Shown one piece after another: positions 1 through 7,217 of a stretch of DNA of 12,853 nucleotides; position 1 is the stretch's first letter; each line of letters opens with the position of its first letter. Under the pieces are notes generated by a model. That model did no database searches, was not told the DNA's origin, and was given only the letters and a program-made list of their open reading frames with translations. This DNA comes from an uncultured archaeon (GTDB taxonomy: Archaea > Asgardarchaeota > Lokiarchaeia > Sigyniarchaeales > Promethearchaeaceae), in the NCBI GenBank assembly GCA_964426185.1, contig CAYRPF010000019.1, positions 32,522 to 45,374 on the forward strand, given 5' to 3'. The position numbers were made by a program, and so were the translations under genes.

Positions 1-639
1 CGGAGCATATCCTGGAGTGAAAATTTGATCATCATCCGAGTAAGGCAAATCTTTTAGATCCGAAGGGATTCGATCAATCGTAGCAGGATCAAAATTTAAG
101 CCTGCCCCCCAATCTATTACAACGGGAACAATACGTTTTTTGTGTTTGAGTTTGGTCACCATAATATTTCCTGGTGAAAAATCGCGATGGATTAGCCCGT
201 GAGAATGGACGAATGCAAAATAATCTGATAGAGGATAGAATATGTATTTTATCAAGTATTCATAGAAATCGAGACGATTTTCATCCTGAAAATGTTGAAA
301 CCAGGTTTCAAAATCAAGTCCATTAATATAAGAAGTGATAAAGATGAATTTTGGATTGTTTGGATTGATGCGGTCCACCAAAGCGTCAATTAATTGTAGA
401 GCATAAGGTGAATATTTTGATTGAATATTGATAAAGGCACGTTCTCGCCGCCAGTATTGTTCAGCTTGAATGTTATCATCGAATTTCTCATTGTTAAGGA
501 TTTTTATTACTACTTTACGGTTGTTTTCAAGATTTTTTCCGATGTAAATATCTGAGAATCCGCCAGATTCTAAAAATTCTATAATTTGATATTTACGCTT
601 AATGCGAAGTAAAGAACCCGCATGTAATTTTTTAGCCAT
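1..639 (-). CDS. Hanks-type Ser/Thr protein kinase, N-terminal part (runs off the left edge of the window)
   Basis: Manual translation from ATG at 639 gives 213 open codons: MAKKLHAGSLLRIKRKYQIIEFLESGGFSDIYIGKNLENNRKVVIKIL...WRRERAF...HSHGLIHRDFSPGNIMV...VVIDWGAG...QIFTPGYAP. It contains the Gly-rich loop (ESGGFS), VVIK lysine, alphaC Glu, HRD..N catalytic loop, DWG and a TPGYAP P+1 loop. It is probably missing from the ORF track because the stop lies outside the window. Confidence 0.93.
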   Translation of the reverse strand, partial: MAKKLHAGSLLRIKRKYQIIEFLESGGFSDIYIGKNLENNRKVVIKILNNEKFDDNIQAEQYWRRERAFINIQSKYSPYALQLIDALVDRINPNNPKFIFITSYINGLDFETWFQHFQDENRLDFYEYLIKYIFYPLSDYFAFVHSHGLIHRDFSPGNIMVTKLKHKKRIVPVVIDWGAGLNFDPATIDRIPSDLKDLPYSDDDQIFTPGYAP

Positions 640-770
640 CCGTTTCCAACCAAATCTATGCAACAATCAATTTAGATTTATGTATTAACTAGATTATATT
701 TCAACTAGACCAACATATTTATAAGAAAATAACAAAATCAAGCCCAAATTAGAAGAAAAAAAGGAACACC

Positions 771-1121
771 CTAAAATCCTTGACGCAACTTTGATAATAA
801 CTTGGTTCGATCTACCACTTGAATTCCAAGTGTTTCCCCAAAAATTTCAGCTTGTGATGAGAAGTTATCTCCAACGATAATGCCTCCGGCACATTTTGTA
901 TCACGGCAAGCTTTCTCTAATTGCCTGATTTGATTGACTCCGATTGATCTATTCCATTCTCGAATAAATACTCCATAGCGATCACCTTGATACTGGATGA
1001 TCGCGTTGAATTTCCATTTTTGGCCAGAACGACCCCGTATAGGTTCTTCAGGTTCAACATATTCATATTTTCGGCTGAATACCGCACGGGTTAACTCAGT
1101 AAGTTTCATATCTTCATACAT
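771..1121 (-). CDS. Stand-alone Mrr_cat-like (PD-(D/E)xK fold) protein with degenerate active site
   Basis: The pattern IRGRSGQKWKFNAII...VFIREWNRSIGVNQIRQL...GGIIVGDNFSSQAEIFGETLGIQVVDRTKL follows the Mrr_cat consensus GxSG..iDi..ECK.w...vgv..v..GiiV...Ft..A...a....I.liD. An in-frame TAA three codons upstream fixes the start. An SD-like GAGGATGTG lies at 1131-1139 (-). Confidence 0.75.
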   Translation of the reverse strand: MYEDMKLTELTRAVFSRKYEYVEPEEPIRGRSGQKWKFNAIIQYQGDRYGVFIREWNRSIGVNQIRQLEKACRDTKCAGGIIVGDNFSSQAEIFGETLGIQVVDRTKLLSKLRQGF

Positions 1122-1297
1122 TTCTTTTTACACATCCTCTCGTACCAGGGATCTCGCTTTGGGTTGTTTGTGAATTATTAACCCATGAATATATAAAGTA
1201 AGATCGACTGCGTATTTAAGCGTTATGTAAAAAATATCGCCGATTCTATTAAATCCGGTATAATATCTGGATAATCTCACCGGGATACTTCATCCTT

Positions 1298-2113
1298 CTA
1301 AACATCCCCATATTCCGACATAATTCGGATTAAATCGGAAAACAACAATTGATTTTTATATCCATATATTGAATGATGTTTTTTGACTAAGGCAGGGAGC
1401 TTTTTTTGGATAGCGTTTTTCAGAGAAGGACAGACGTGGTGGCATTCAAAATAAGAAAAATTGCAAGAAATCGATTCACATAGCGATTTTAATCCAAGAT
1501 TCCAAGTTTCGGAGACAATCCAATCAAAAGAGTTCCACGCATCTTCCAACCCAGAAATGTGCGCGGGAGCATATTCTATCAATTTTTCATAGGAAATTTT
1601 CTGCAATCGATTTAAAACTTCTTTCAAAGATTGTTCTTCTTCAGCTTCTTGCTTACACAATAAAATATAGCGATTAAGCACTTGTTGAGCTTGTGCAGCT
1701 TTCTCTAATTCAACAATATCCCATCCTTCAGCCCGCTTACAAGCATGTTCAATGTGTTCAACATCCAATCCAGTGGGATAGACCCAGCATTGAGGAATTT
1801 TTGCGCCGGAAAAATGAACAGCACAACCATTAATTTCATGGCTGAAAAAAGGGCATTTCAGAGTTTTCAAATCCATTTTGACTTGAAAACTGAAAATAGT
1901 GCTGCGTTTGAAATTAGAGGGTTTTGCCAAACCGTGGGAAACACAATATTCACATAATGCTTTTGGAACATCCAGATGAACAAAGCAACAATCTCCGTGG
2001 CAAATGTTGGGATCAATACAGTTGGGACCTTGGATAACCCCTTGAATTAATTGATTGAATTCGTGCAGAAGATCAATTATTTTGGTGTTAAGAGCATCAA
2101 TCTGAGAAACCAT
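1298..2113 (-). CDS. YkgJ/CxxCxxCC-like cysteine-cluster (Zn or Fe-S chelating) protein
   Basis: CIDPNICHGDCC ... CPFF...GCAVH...PQCWVYP matches the C-x-C-x-CC / CPFL..C.IY..RP..C..YP signature. The protein has 15 Cys in total. Confidence 0.75.
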   Translation of the reverse strand: MVSQIDALNTKIIDLLHEFNQLIQGVIQGPNCIDPNICHGDCCFVHLDVPKALCEYCVSHGLAKPSNFKRSTIFSFQVKMDLKTLKCPFFSHEINGCAVHFSGAKIPQCWVYPTGLDVEHIEHACKRAEGWDIVELEKAAQAQQVLNRYILLCKQEAEEEQSLKEVLNRLQKISYEKLIEYAPAHISGLEDAWNSFDWIVSETWNLGLKSLCESISCNFSYFECHHVCPSLKNAIQKKLPALVKKHHSIYGYKNQLLFSDLIRIMSEYGDV

Positions 2114-2247
2114 CAGCGAAAATAAACAAGAGCGATTCCTTTTTAATTTTATGAAAATAATCTTTTCCTTTCATATGGAGATCAGATCCACATCATCTCG
2201 GAATATAAGAGTTCTCTGGGGATTTTTCTGATAGGAGCAGAAGTATT

Positions 2248-2820
2248 ATGATTAAAAATTCTCAATTACCAAATCAATGCACGTCATTTTATTCGTCTAT
2301 ACCACGAAAAAATCATGCACCTCCTGCTAAAATTTCAATTATTGGAACACCTGCTGTTGGAAAAACTACTTTAACAAAGCTGATGCGCGGTCAACAGCTT
2401 TCTATGAAATATTCTCCCACAATGGGATTTAACTTAGGAAAAACAAATTTTAAAGGTCAAAATATCCGAATTTGGGATTTTGGGGGTCAAAAAGCATACC
2501 TAAGACAGCAATTATCGAAATATGTGCACGGAAGCGACATTATCTTTATTGTAACCGATTCCACCCCTAAAAATGTTTTAACTACAAGAGAATTATTGGA
2601 ACATTCTCGTAATTTGGTGGAGGAAAGTTGTGAAATTGTTGCAATCGCTAATAAACAAGACCTACCTGGACATATGAGCCCGAAACGTGTAGAAGACGTA
2701 TTGCAAATTCCCACTTTTCCGATGGTTGCCATCGATCCCGAGAATCGGGAACATATGCTGGGATTAATCACCACATTAATGAACCACATTCAAGCACGTA
2801 AGACAGGAGGAGATTATTAA
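2248..2820 (+). CDS. Ras-superfamily small GTPase, Arf-like
   Basis: G1 GTPAVGKTT, G2 SPTMGFN, G3 WDFGGQ, G4 NKQD and a G5-position MVAI. SD AGGAG at 2233-2237. Confidence 0.92.
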   Translation: MIKNSQLPNQCTSFYSSIPRKNHAPPAKISIIGTPAVGKTTLTKLMRGQQLSMKYSPTMGFNLGKTNFKGQNIRIWDFGGQKAYLRQQLSKYVHGSDIIFIVTDSTPKNVLTTRELLEHSRNLVEESCEIVAIANKQDLPGHMSPKRVEDVLQIPTFPMVAIDPENREHMLGLITTLMNHIQARKTGGDY

Positions 2821-2821
2821 A

Positions 2822-3397
2822 ATGAATTTTAGTGAAAATGAATTAATTGGAGCAGCTCTTATTGGATTCGACATGATAGAAGGCCCTTATATTAAGTGGC
2901 ACCGCCGATTTTACGAAAAAGGGCCCGAAATTGATATGGAAAACTTTTTAATGAATTTTTACCTCTCGTTTCGCGGTGGAGATGAAGAACTACAACCGTT
3001 AGCTATTCTTTATCCGGAATTTTATATAGTGGCATTTCCACATGGACTGGAACTATGTTGTCTTTTTCTGTATCCGGGAGATTTATCCAATCAAATGTGG
3101 CGCCTAAATCAAATTGCCACCGAATTAATTGTTCAGATGGAATCCATGGAAAATGACGACGAATTACCTACCCAGTCAAGTGTGGCAGATAATGCTTCTG
3201 ATATGGATTATGATGAAATTAAACGCATTGTGGTGAATTTACTGCATGATCAAGAGATCTCCACCCCAGAATTGCGGCGTTATTTCAAAATGACCAACTC
3301 GGAAATTTGGCGAATTATGAGTCAACTTGAAGAAAGTCGTGCAGTAGTAAGGACAGAAAAAAGAGGACGGACCCAATTTTGGACTGCCGTGCAGTAG
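2822..3397 (+). CDS. Putative longin/uDENN-like domain fused to a C-terminal winged helix-turn-helix
   Basis: The N-terminal LIGAALIGFDMIEGPYIKW carries the F-D-x3-G-P hairpin typical of uDENN/NPRL2/FLCN-type longins, followed by a helix, three strands and a helix. An acidic linker spans aa 108-128. The C-terminal EIKRIVVNLL..EISTPELRRYFKMTNSEIWRIMSQLEESRAVVRTEKRGRTQFW fits a wHTH pattern. The ORF starts 1 nt after the GTPase stop, with SD GGAGG at 2806-2810. Confidence 0.7.
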   Translation: MNFSENELIGAALIGFDMIEGPYIKWHRRFYEKGPEIDMENFLMNFYLSFRGGDEELQPLAILYPEFYIVAFPHGLELCCLFLYPGDLSNQMWRLNQIATELIVQMESMENDDELPTQSSVADNASDMDYDEIKRIVVNLLHDQEISTPELRRYFKMTNSEIWRIMSQLEESRAVVRTEKRGRTQFWTAVQ

Positions 3398-3419
3398 AAC
3401 GGCCCCAATTTTATCTGGA

Positions 3420-4430
3420 TTATTTCTCTGGATTAATTTTTGAATTATTTTCTGAATCATTTTTTTTGATTTTTCGTTGGATTTTTTCCACTTTTTGGGA
3501 ATTACCTATTTTGATATATATTTTCAGTAATGTATCATAAATCGCCAATTTATCAGCATAATCGTGCATATTTTCTGATGATTTTTCTAAAACTTCGGCA
3601 AATTTTTCCCAATTTTCAGAGATATCCATTTTTAAAGCTAAATCGCAGAAATTATTAATAATTACGGGATCTTTGGGAGCAAGATTCAATGCATTCTTGT
3701 AAGCTTCTAATGATTTTTCGAGATCGTTTAATTCTACATACATATTTGCGGTGTTAGTCCAAATAAGGGGATCCTTTTCATTTAATTTTAAAGCTTGCTG
3801 ATATTGTTTCTTAGCTTCCAAAAAATCCCCTGAAAGTTCATAGAAATAACCTAAATTATTCCAAATCTCGGCATCATTTTGATTTTCAAGATTTAACTGC
3901 AGTAAATTCTTCAACTTCTCAATACCTTGTTTATACTGCCCAGCTTTTTCATATAAATCCATCAACCCAAAAACTAAATCTTTGGTAATGGAATTAGTGG
4001 CAAAATACTCTTCAAAAAATTGTATCCCGGCTGTAAACTCTCCAGATCCGATGAAATAACTCAGATACAAGTAAGGTAACTCAGAATCGGAAGGAAAAAG
4101 ATGAAAATATCGCTTTAAAGCTTCAAAAAATCTTTCCCATTTCTCCCAATCTTTGTAAACATAGCAGATATTTATTAATGCGCTTTTTTGTTGGGGATTA
4201 ATTTCCAAAGCTTTCTTGAAACAAAATTCTGCCGCTTCGTAATTTTTGTTATTATAATATGCTACTCCCAAGTTATTCCAAGCATGAAGGTATTTGGGTT
4301 GCTGTTCCACCGCTTGAGAGAAATAATATCCAGCCTTATCAAAATTACCTTCTTCCAGATAGGAACAACCAAGCATGTAATTCTGTTGAGCTTGTTCTTC
4401 AAGATCAGTTTCTTTTATTGGAGAATTCAT
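3420..4430 (-). CDS. Tetratricopeptide repeat (TPR) protein
   Basis: Multiple 34-aa TPR consensus units: AWNNLGVAYYNNKNYEAAEFCFKKALEINP, IWNNLGYFYELSGDFLEAKKQYQQALKLNE and IWTNTANMYVELNDLEKSLEAYKNALNLAP. Confidence 0.93.
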   Translation of the reverse strand: MNSPIKETDLEEQAQQNYMLGCSYLEEGNFDKAGYYFSQAVEQQPKYLHAWNNLGVAYYNNKNYEAAEFCFKKALEINPQQKSALINICYVYKDWEKWERFFEALKRYFHLFPSDSELPYLYLSYFIGSGEFTAGIQFFEEYFATNSITKDLVFGLMDLYEKAGQYKQGIEKLKNLLQLNLENQNDAEIWNNLGYFYELSGDFLEAKKQYQQALKLNEKDPLIWTNTANMYVELNDLEKSLEAYKNALNLAPKDPVIINNFCDLALKMDISENWEKFAEVLEKSSENMHDYADKLAIYDTLLKIYIKIGNSQKVEKIQRKIKKNDSENNSKINPEK

Positions 4431-4440
4431 ATCAATATCA

Positions 4441-5454
4441 TCAATCTATATTCCATTTCTGAGAGCGAATTAATGCCGAGCGAATTTCATCACGCATATC
4501 TTCAGCAGCTGCCTTAGCTGCTTGATCAAATTCAGAAACTGTGAATTTTTCCCGATATGGCGACATCTGATAGGCAAAATCGATTGATCTGGAAGCATTA
4601 ACTATGGCTCCCAAACCCATATCGTTAACACCATATACAATATCTTCCGCCTTGCCACCTTGTGCACCATATCCTGGAATAAGAAGAATATTATGCGGTA
4701 CTTCGGTGCGAATGGCTCGTAACTGCGTTGGATAAGTTGCACCAACAACTCCTCCAATATTAGTAAATCCATAAGTATCTATTGGTTGATCCAACTGCGT
4801 TAACTGGGGATCTTCACTCCATTTTTTCATCAAACGCGCCATGTGAACGTAATTTCGCACCAATTTAACAGAATCATTTGTACTGGAAAGGGAAGATAAA
4901 TCTGATATTTCAAGAGTTTCAGCAGATATTTCCGGTTGGGCAAAAGAAAAGAGATCTTGGAAATCACCGCTGGAAGGATTGGAAGTTTTAATAAGCATGA
5001 ATATTCCTTTTCCTTCTGGAATATATTTCATAAACGGCAGAATACCATCAATTCCCAAGTAACCGTTTACAGTTACCGCATCGGCGTTAAACACTTCAAA
5101 TACAGATTTAGCATAAGCGGCAGCAGTGGAACCAATATCATTTCGTTTGGCGTCAAGCAGCACCAATCCGCCTTTTTGATGAATATGTTTAATTGTTTTA
5201 TGTAATGCATCGAGAGCTTGATATTGTTCGTAAAAAGCAATTTGAGGTTTAAAAATAGATGCCACCTCAAAAGTTGCATCAATTATTCTTTGGTTAAATT
5301 GCCAAATGGCAGCATTGTAATCATTCCCAGATTCTTCTAACAAAAAATTTGGAATGCAGTATTTTTCTCCAATTCGGGGGTCTAATCCTACACATACGAT
5401 GGATTGTGTTTGCTTTATGCGAGAATTTAGTTTTTCACTGAATGTTTTTTGCAT
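4441..5454 (-). CDS. pyrF: Orotidine-5'-phosphate decarboxylase, subfamily 2
   Basis: Motifs VCVGLDP, FKPQIAFYE, catalytic DAKRNDIGST (DxKxxD), KTSNP, VVGATYP, LIPGYGAQGG and NASRSI. ATG at 5454 is preferred over TTG at 5457 because an SD-like GTGAT lies at 5463-5467 (-). Confidence 0.96.
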   Translation of the reverse strand: MQKTFSEKLNSRIKQTQSIVCVGLDPRIGEKYCIPNFLLEESGNDYNAAIWQFNQRIIDATFEVASIFKPQIAFYEQYQALDALHKTIKHIHQKGGLVLLDAKRNDIGSTAAAYAKSVFEVFNADAVTVNGYLGIDGILPFMKYIPEGKGIFMLIKTSNPSSGDFQDLFSFAQPEISAETLEISDLSSLSSTNDSVKLVRNYVHMARLMKKWSEDPQLTQLDQPIDTYGFTNIGGVVGATYPTQLRAIRTEVPHNILLIPGYGAQGGKAEDIVYGVNDMGLGAIVNASRSIDFAYQMSPYREKFTVSEFDQAAKAAAEDMRDEIRSALIRSQKWNID

Positions 5455-5482
5455 CAAATTCGATCACAATATCAAAGGTGCC

Positions 5483-5495
5483 CCCATTTAAAAAT
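5483..5495 (-). promoter_or_regulatory. Putative archaeal TATA box for pyrF-TPR
   Basis: The minus strand reads ATTTTTAAATGGG about 30-40 nt upstream of the pyrF ATG, nearly the same as the element upstream of 12669. Confidence 0.4.
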
Positions 5496-5616
5496 GCATT
5501 TAGGAAGGGAAATCATAGAAAATGTATTTAACAACTCTCATCAAATTAAATACAGTAGAGTGCTAATTGAATGCTACATGTGAAATTCATAGGAATATTA
5601 AGAGGAGATTTATAAC

Positions 5617-6585
5617 ATGGTATCAGATAAGAAAATTGCATTAATGGGTCTAGATAATGCAGGAAAGACTAGTATTTTGACCACAATGAGGAAAAAATTC
5701 GATATTTCAGAAGAAATCAAAGGTATAAAGCCAACTCTAAAAGTGGAAAGATCCAATTTTCAGTTCTTAAATCACATTATTTACTCTGCAGACTACGGTG
5801 GTCAAAAAAAGTATCTGGATGAATATTTAGCCCATAAAACTCGATACCTAAGTTCTATAGATTTGCTTTTCTTTGTGGTGGATATTCAAGATAGTTTACG
5901 ATTTCAAGAATCCATTGATTTCTTAAAAGAAATTTTAGATTATTTTGAAGAAATTGATAACAAATCCCCCATTGTGATTTTATATCATAAAACAGACCCC
6001 AAACTGCGAGAAGATCCAACAATTCTTCACAATCAAGAACAATACACAGAATTACTTCAACCCTTTCTTGAGAAACACCCCATGCATTTTTATAACACCT
6101 CCATATACGATATCGCTACCATTCTTCATGCTTTCTCAAAAGGAATTCTCTTCCTTTATGATCAAACCACCGCCATTCAGAAAATAATTGATGATTTTGT
6201 AGAAAAAATAGAAAATGTCATGGCTTTGCTTATTTTTGAACAGAATGGGATTGAGTTGGGGTCATATTTCTTAGAACACATTACATTGCAAATGAAAAAG
6301 AAAATTTTAACCCTTTATGAAATTTCTCAGCGTAGAATCTTAGAAGAGAATTTAAACACTTATGAATTTAGCGACCGTTTGGATACCTTTACAAAAGTAT
6401 CAGGTACAATTCAGAGTTTTGAAATTGAAGGGGTTAAGTTCTTTATATTACTTATTTTGGAAGAACATGATGAAGAAATGGTGGTTTCACAGTTTAACTA
6501 TTTTGAAAATGCTCATGACGAACTTCAAGCCATTTTACGCGCAATTTTACTAGATGAATATGAAGATCAGCAGTTAAATCCATAA
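5617..6585 (+). CDS. Rag/Gtr-like small GTPase with C-terminal roadblock-like domain
   Basis: G1 GLDNAGKTS, G2 KPT, G3 DYGGQ, G4 HKTD and G5 TSIYD; HKxD and TSI[WY]D are Rag/Gtr signatures. The C-terminal ~140 aa show an alpha-beta-beta-alpha-beta-beta-beta-alpha pattern (IQKIIDDFVEKIENVMALLIFEQNGIELG...FFILLIL...). SD GAGGAG at 5602-5607. Confidence 0.85.
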   Translation: MVSDKKIALMGLDNAGKTSILTTMRKKFDISEEIKGIKPTLKVERSNFQFLNHIIYSADYGGQKKYLDEYLAHKTRYLSSIDLLFFVVDIQDSLRFQESIDFLKEILDYFEEIDNKSPIVILYHKTDPKLREDPTILHNQEQYTELLQPFLEKHPMHFYNTSIYDIATILHAFSKGILFLYDQTTAIQKIIDDFVEKIENVMALLIFEQNGIELGSYFLEHITLQMKKKILTLYEISQRRILEENLNTYEFSDRLDTFTKVSGTIQSFEIEGVKFFILLILEEHDEEMVVSQFNYFENAHDELQAILRAILLDEYEDQQLNP

Positions 6586-6593
6586 ATTTTAAT

Positions 6594-7217
6594 TTAAAAT
6601 GTGATATCGGAATAAATTGGGCCACGAGGAGTTAAAATTGACTTTTTTAATACTATTTTCTTAATATTCCATTCTCCGAAATAATGATTATGAAATTCTT
6701 GTTTAAGGGCTCCATACGAAGGTTGTCCTGGATTTTTTAATGAAAGCTGGGGATTTTTTCTTCTACCTCGGTTTTTCTTAACCCGCGCGATGGTTAAATG
6801 TGGTCGAAAAGCCCGAGATTCACGGGAAATTCCAAGTTTCTGATTTAAGGATTCTTCCAAAATTTCAAACCACTGTTGCAGTAAAGACAAAATTTCTTCG
6901 CTTCCGATGTTTACAAAGAATACTTGCTTACGAAAATCACCTACCCCTTTAAATGAACCATTATATTCACGATTATCGGAAAAGAAAGGTTGGTTGATCT
7001 CGTTTTGGATTATTTCATAAATTTTCTTCGCTGCATCCAAAGTGATGTTTCCTAAAAATTTTAGGGTAATGTGCATCAGATCAGGTGAAACCAACTTCAG
7101 AGGTCCGATAGCCGCTTGTAATCTTTTTTGATAATATTGAACCTCTTTGAGAGTTTCTTGATTTGGAATTTCAACGGCAATAAAACTGCGAATAGTATTA
7201 TTTGGGTTTTTTGTCAT
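6594..7217 (-). CDS. thpR: RNA 2',3'-cyclic phosphodiesterase (2H phosphoesterase, LigT/ThpR family)
   Basis: N-terminal RSFIAV, two HxT motifs (HITLKFLG and PHLTIARVK) and C-terminal LKKSILTPRGPIY. Confidence 0.93.
   Translation of the reverse strand: MTKNPNNTIRSFIAVEIPNQETLKEVQYYQKRLQAAIGPLKLVSPDLMHITLKFLGNITLDAAKKIYEIIQNEINQPFFSDNREYNGSFKGVGDFRKQVFFVNIGSEEILSLLQQWFEILEESLNQKLGISRESRAFRPHLTIARVKKNRGRRKNPQLSLKNPGQPSYGALKQEFHNHYFGEWNIKKIVLKKSILTPRGPIYSDITF

Noticed and set aside
687-709. AACTAGA direct repeat upstream of the kinase
   Set aside because: A 7-mer repeated twice in AT-rich DNA is not distinguishable from chance.
771-1121. Functional restriction-modification system
   Set aside because: There is no methyltransferase nearby and the catalytic residues appear substituted.
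1253-1290. Imperfect short repeats (CCGGTATAAT / CTGGATAAT / CCGGGATACT)
   Set aside because: Too short and degenerate for a CRISPR array or a confident operator.
1745-1957. 70-aa plus-strand ORF
   Set aside because: Antisense shadow wholly inside the YkgJ-like gene, with no motifs.
2487-2789. 100-aa minus-strand ORF
   Set aside because: Antisense shadow of the Arf-like GTPase.
3239-3460. 73-aa minus-strand ORF
   Set aside because: Overlaps both the wHTH gene and the TPR 3' end, with no recognisable features.
4188-4517. Plus-strand ORFs 4188-4517 and 4259-4462
   Set aside because: Antisense to the well-supported TPR and pyrF genes.
4936-5282. ORFs 4936-5205 (+) and 5073-5282 (-)
   Set aside because: Antisense or alternative-frame ORFs inside pyrF.
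6362-6553. 63-aa alternative-frame ORF
   Set aside because: Nested in the Rag-like GTPase, whose main frame is uninterrupted.
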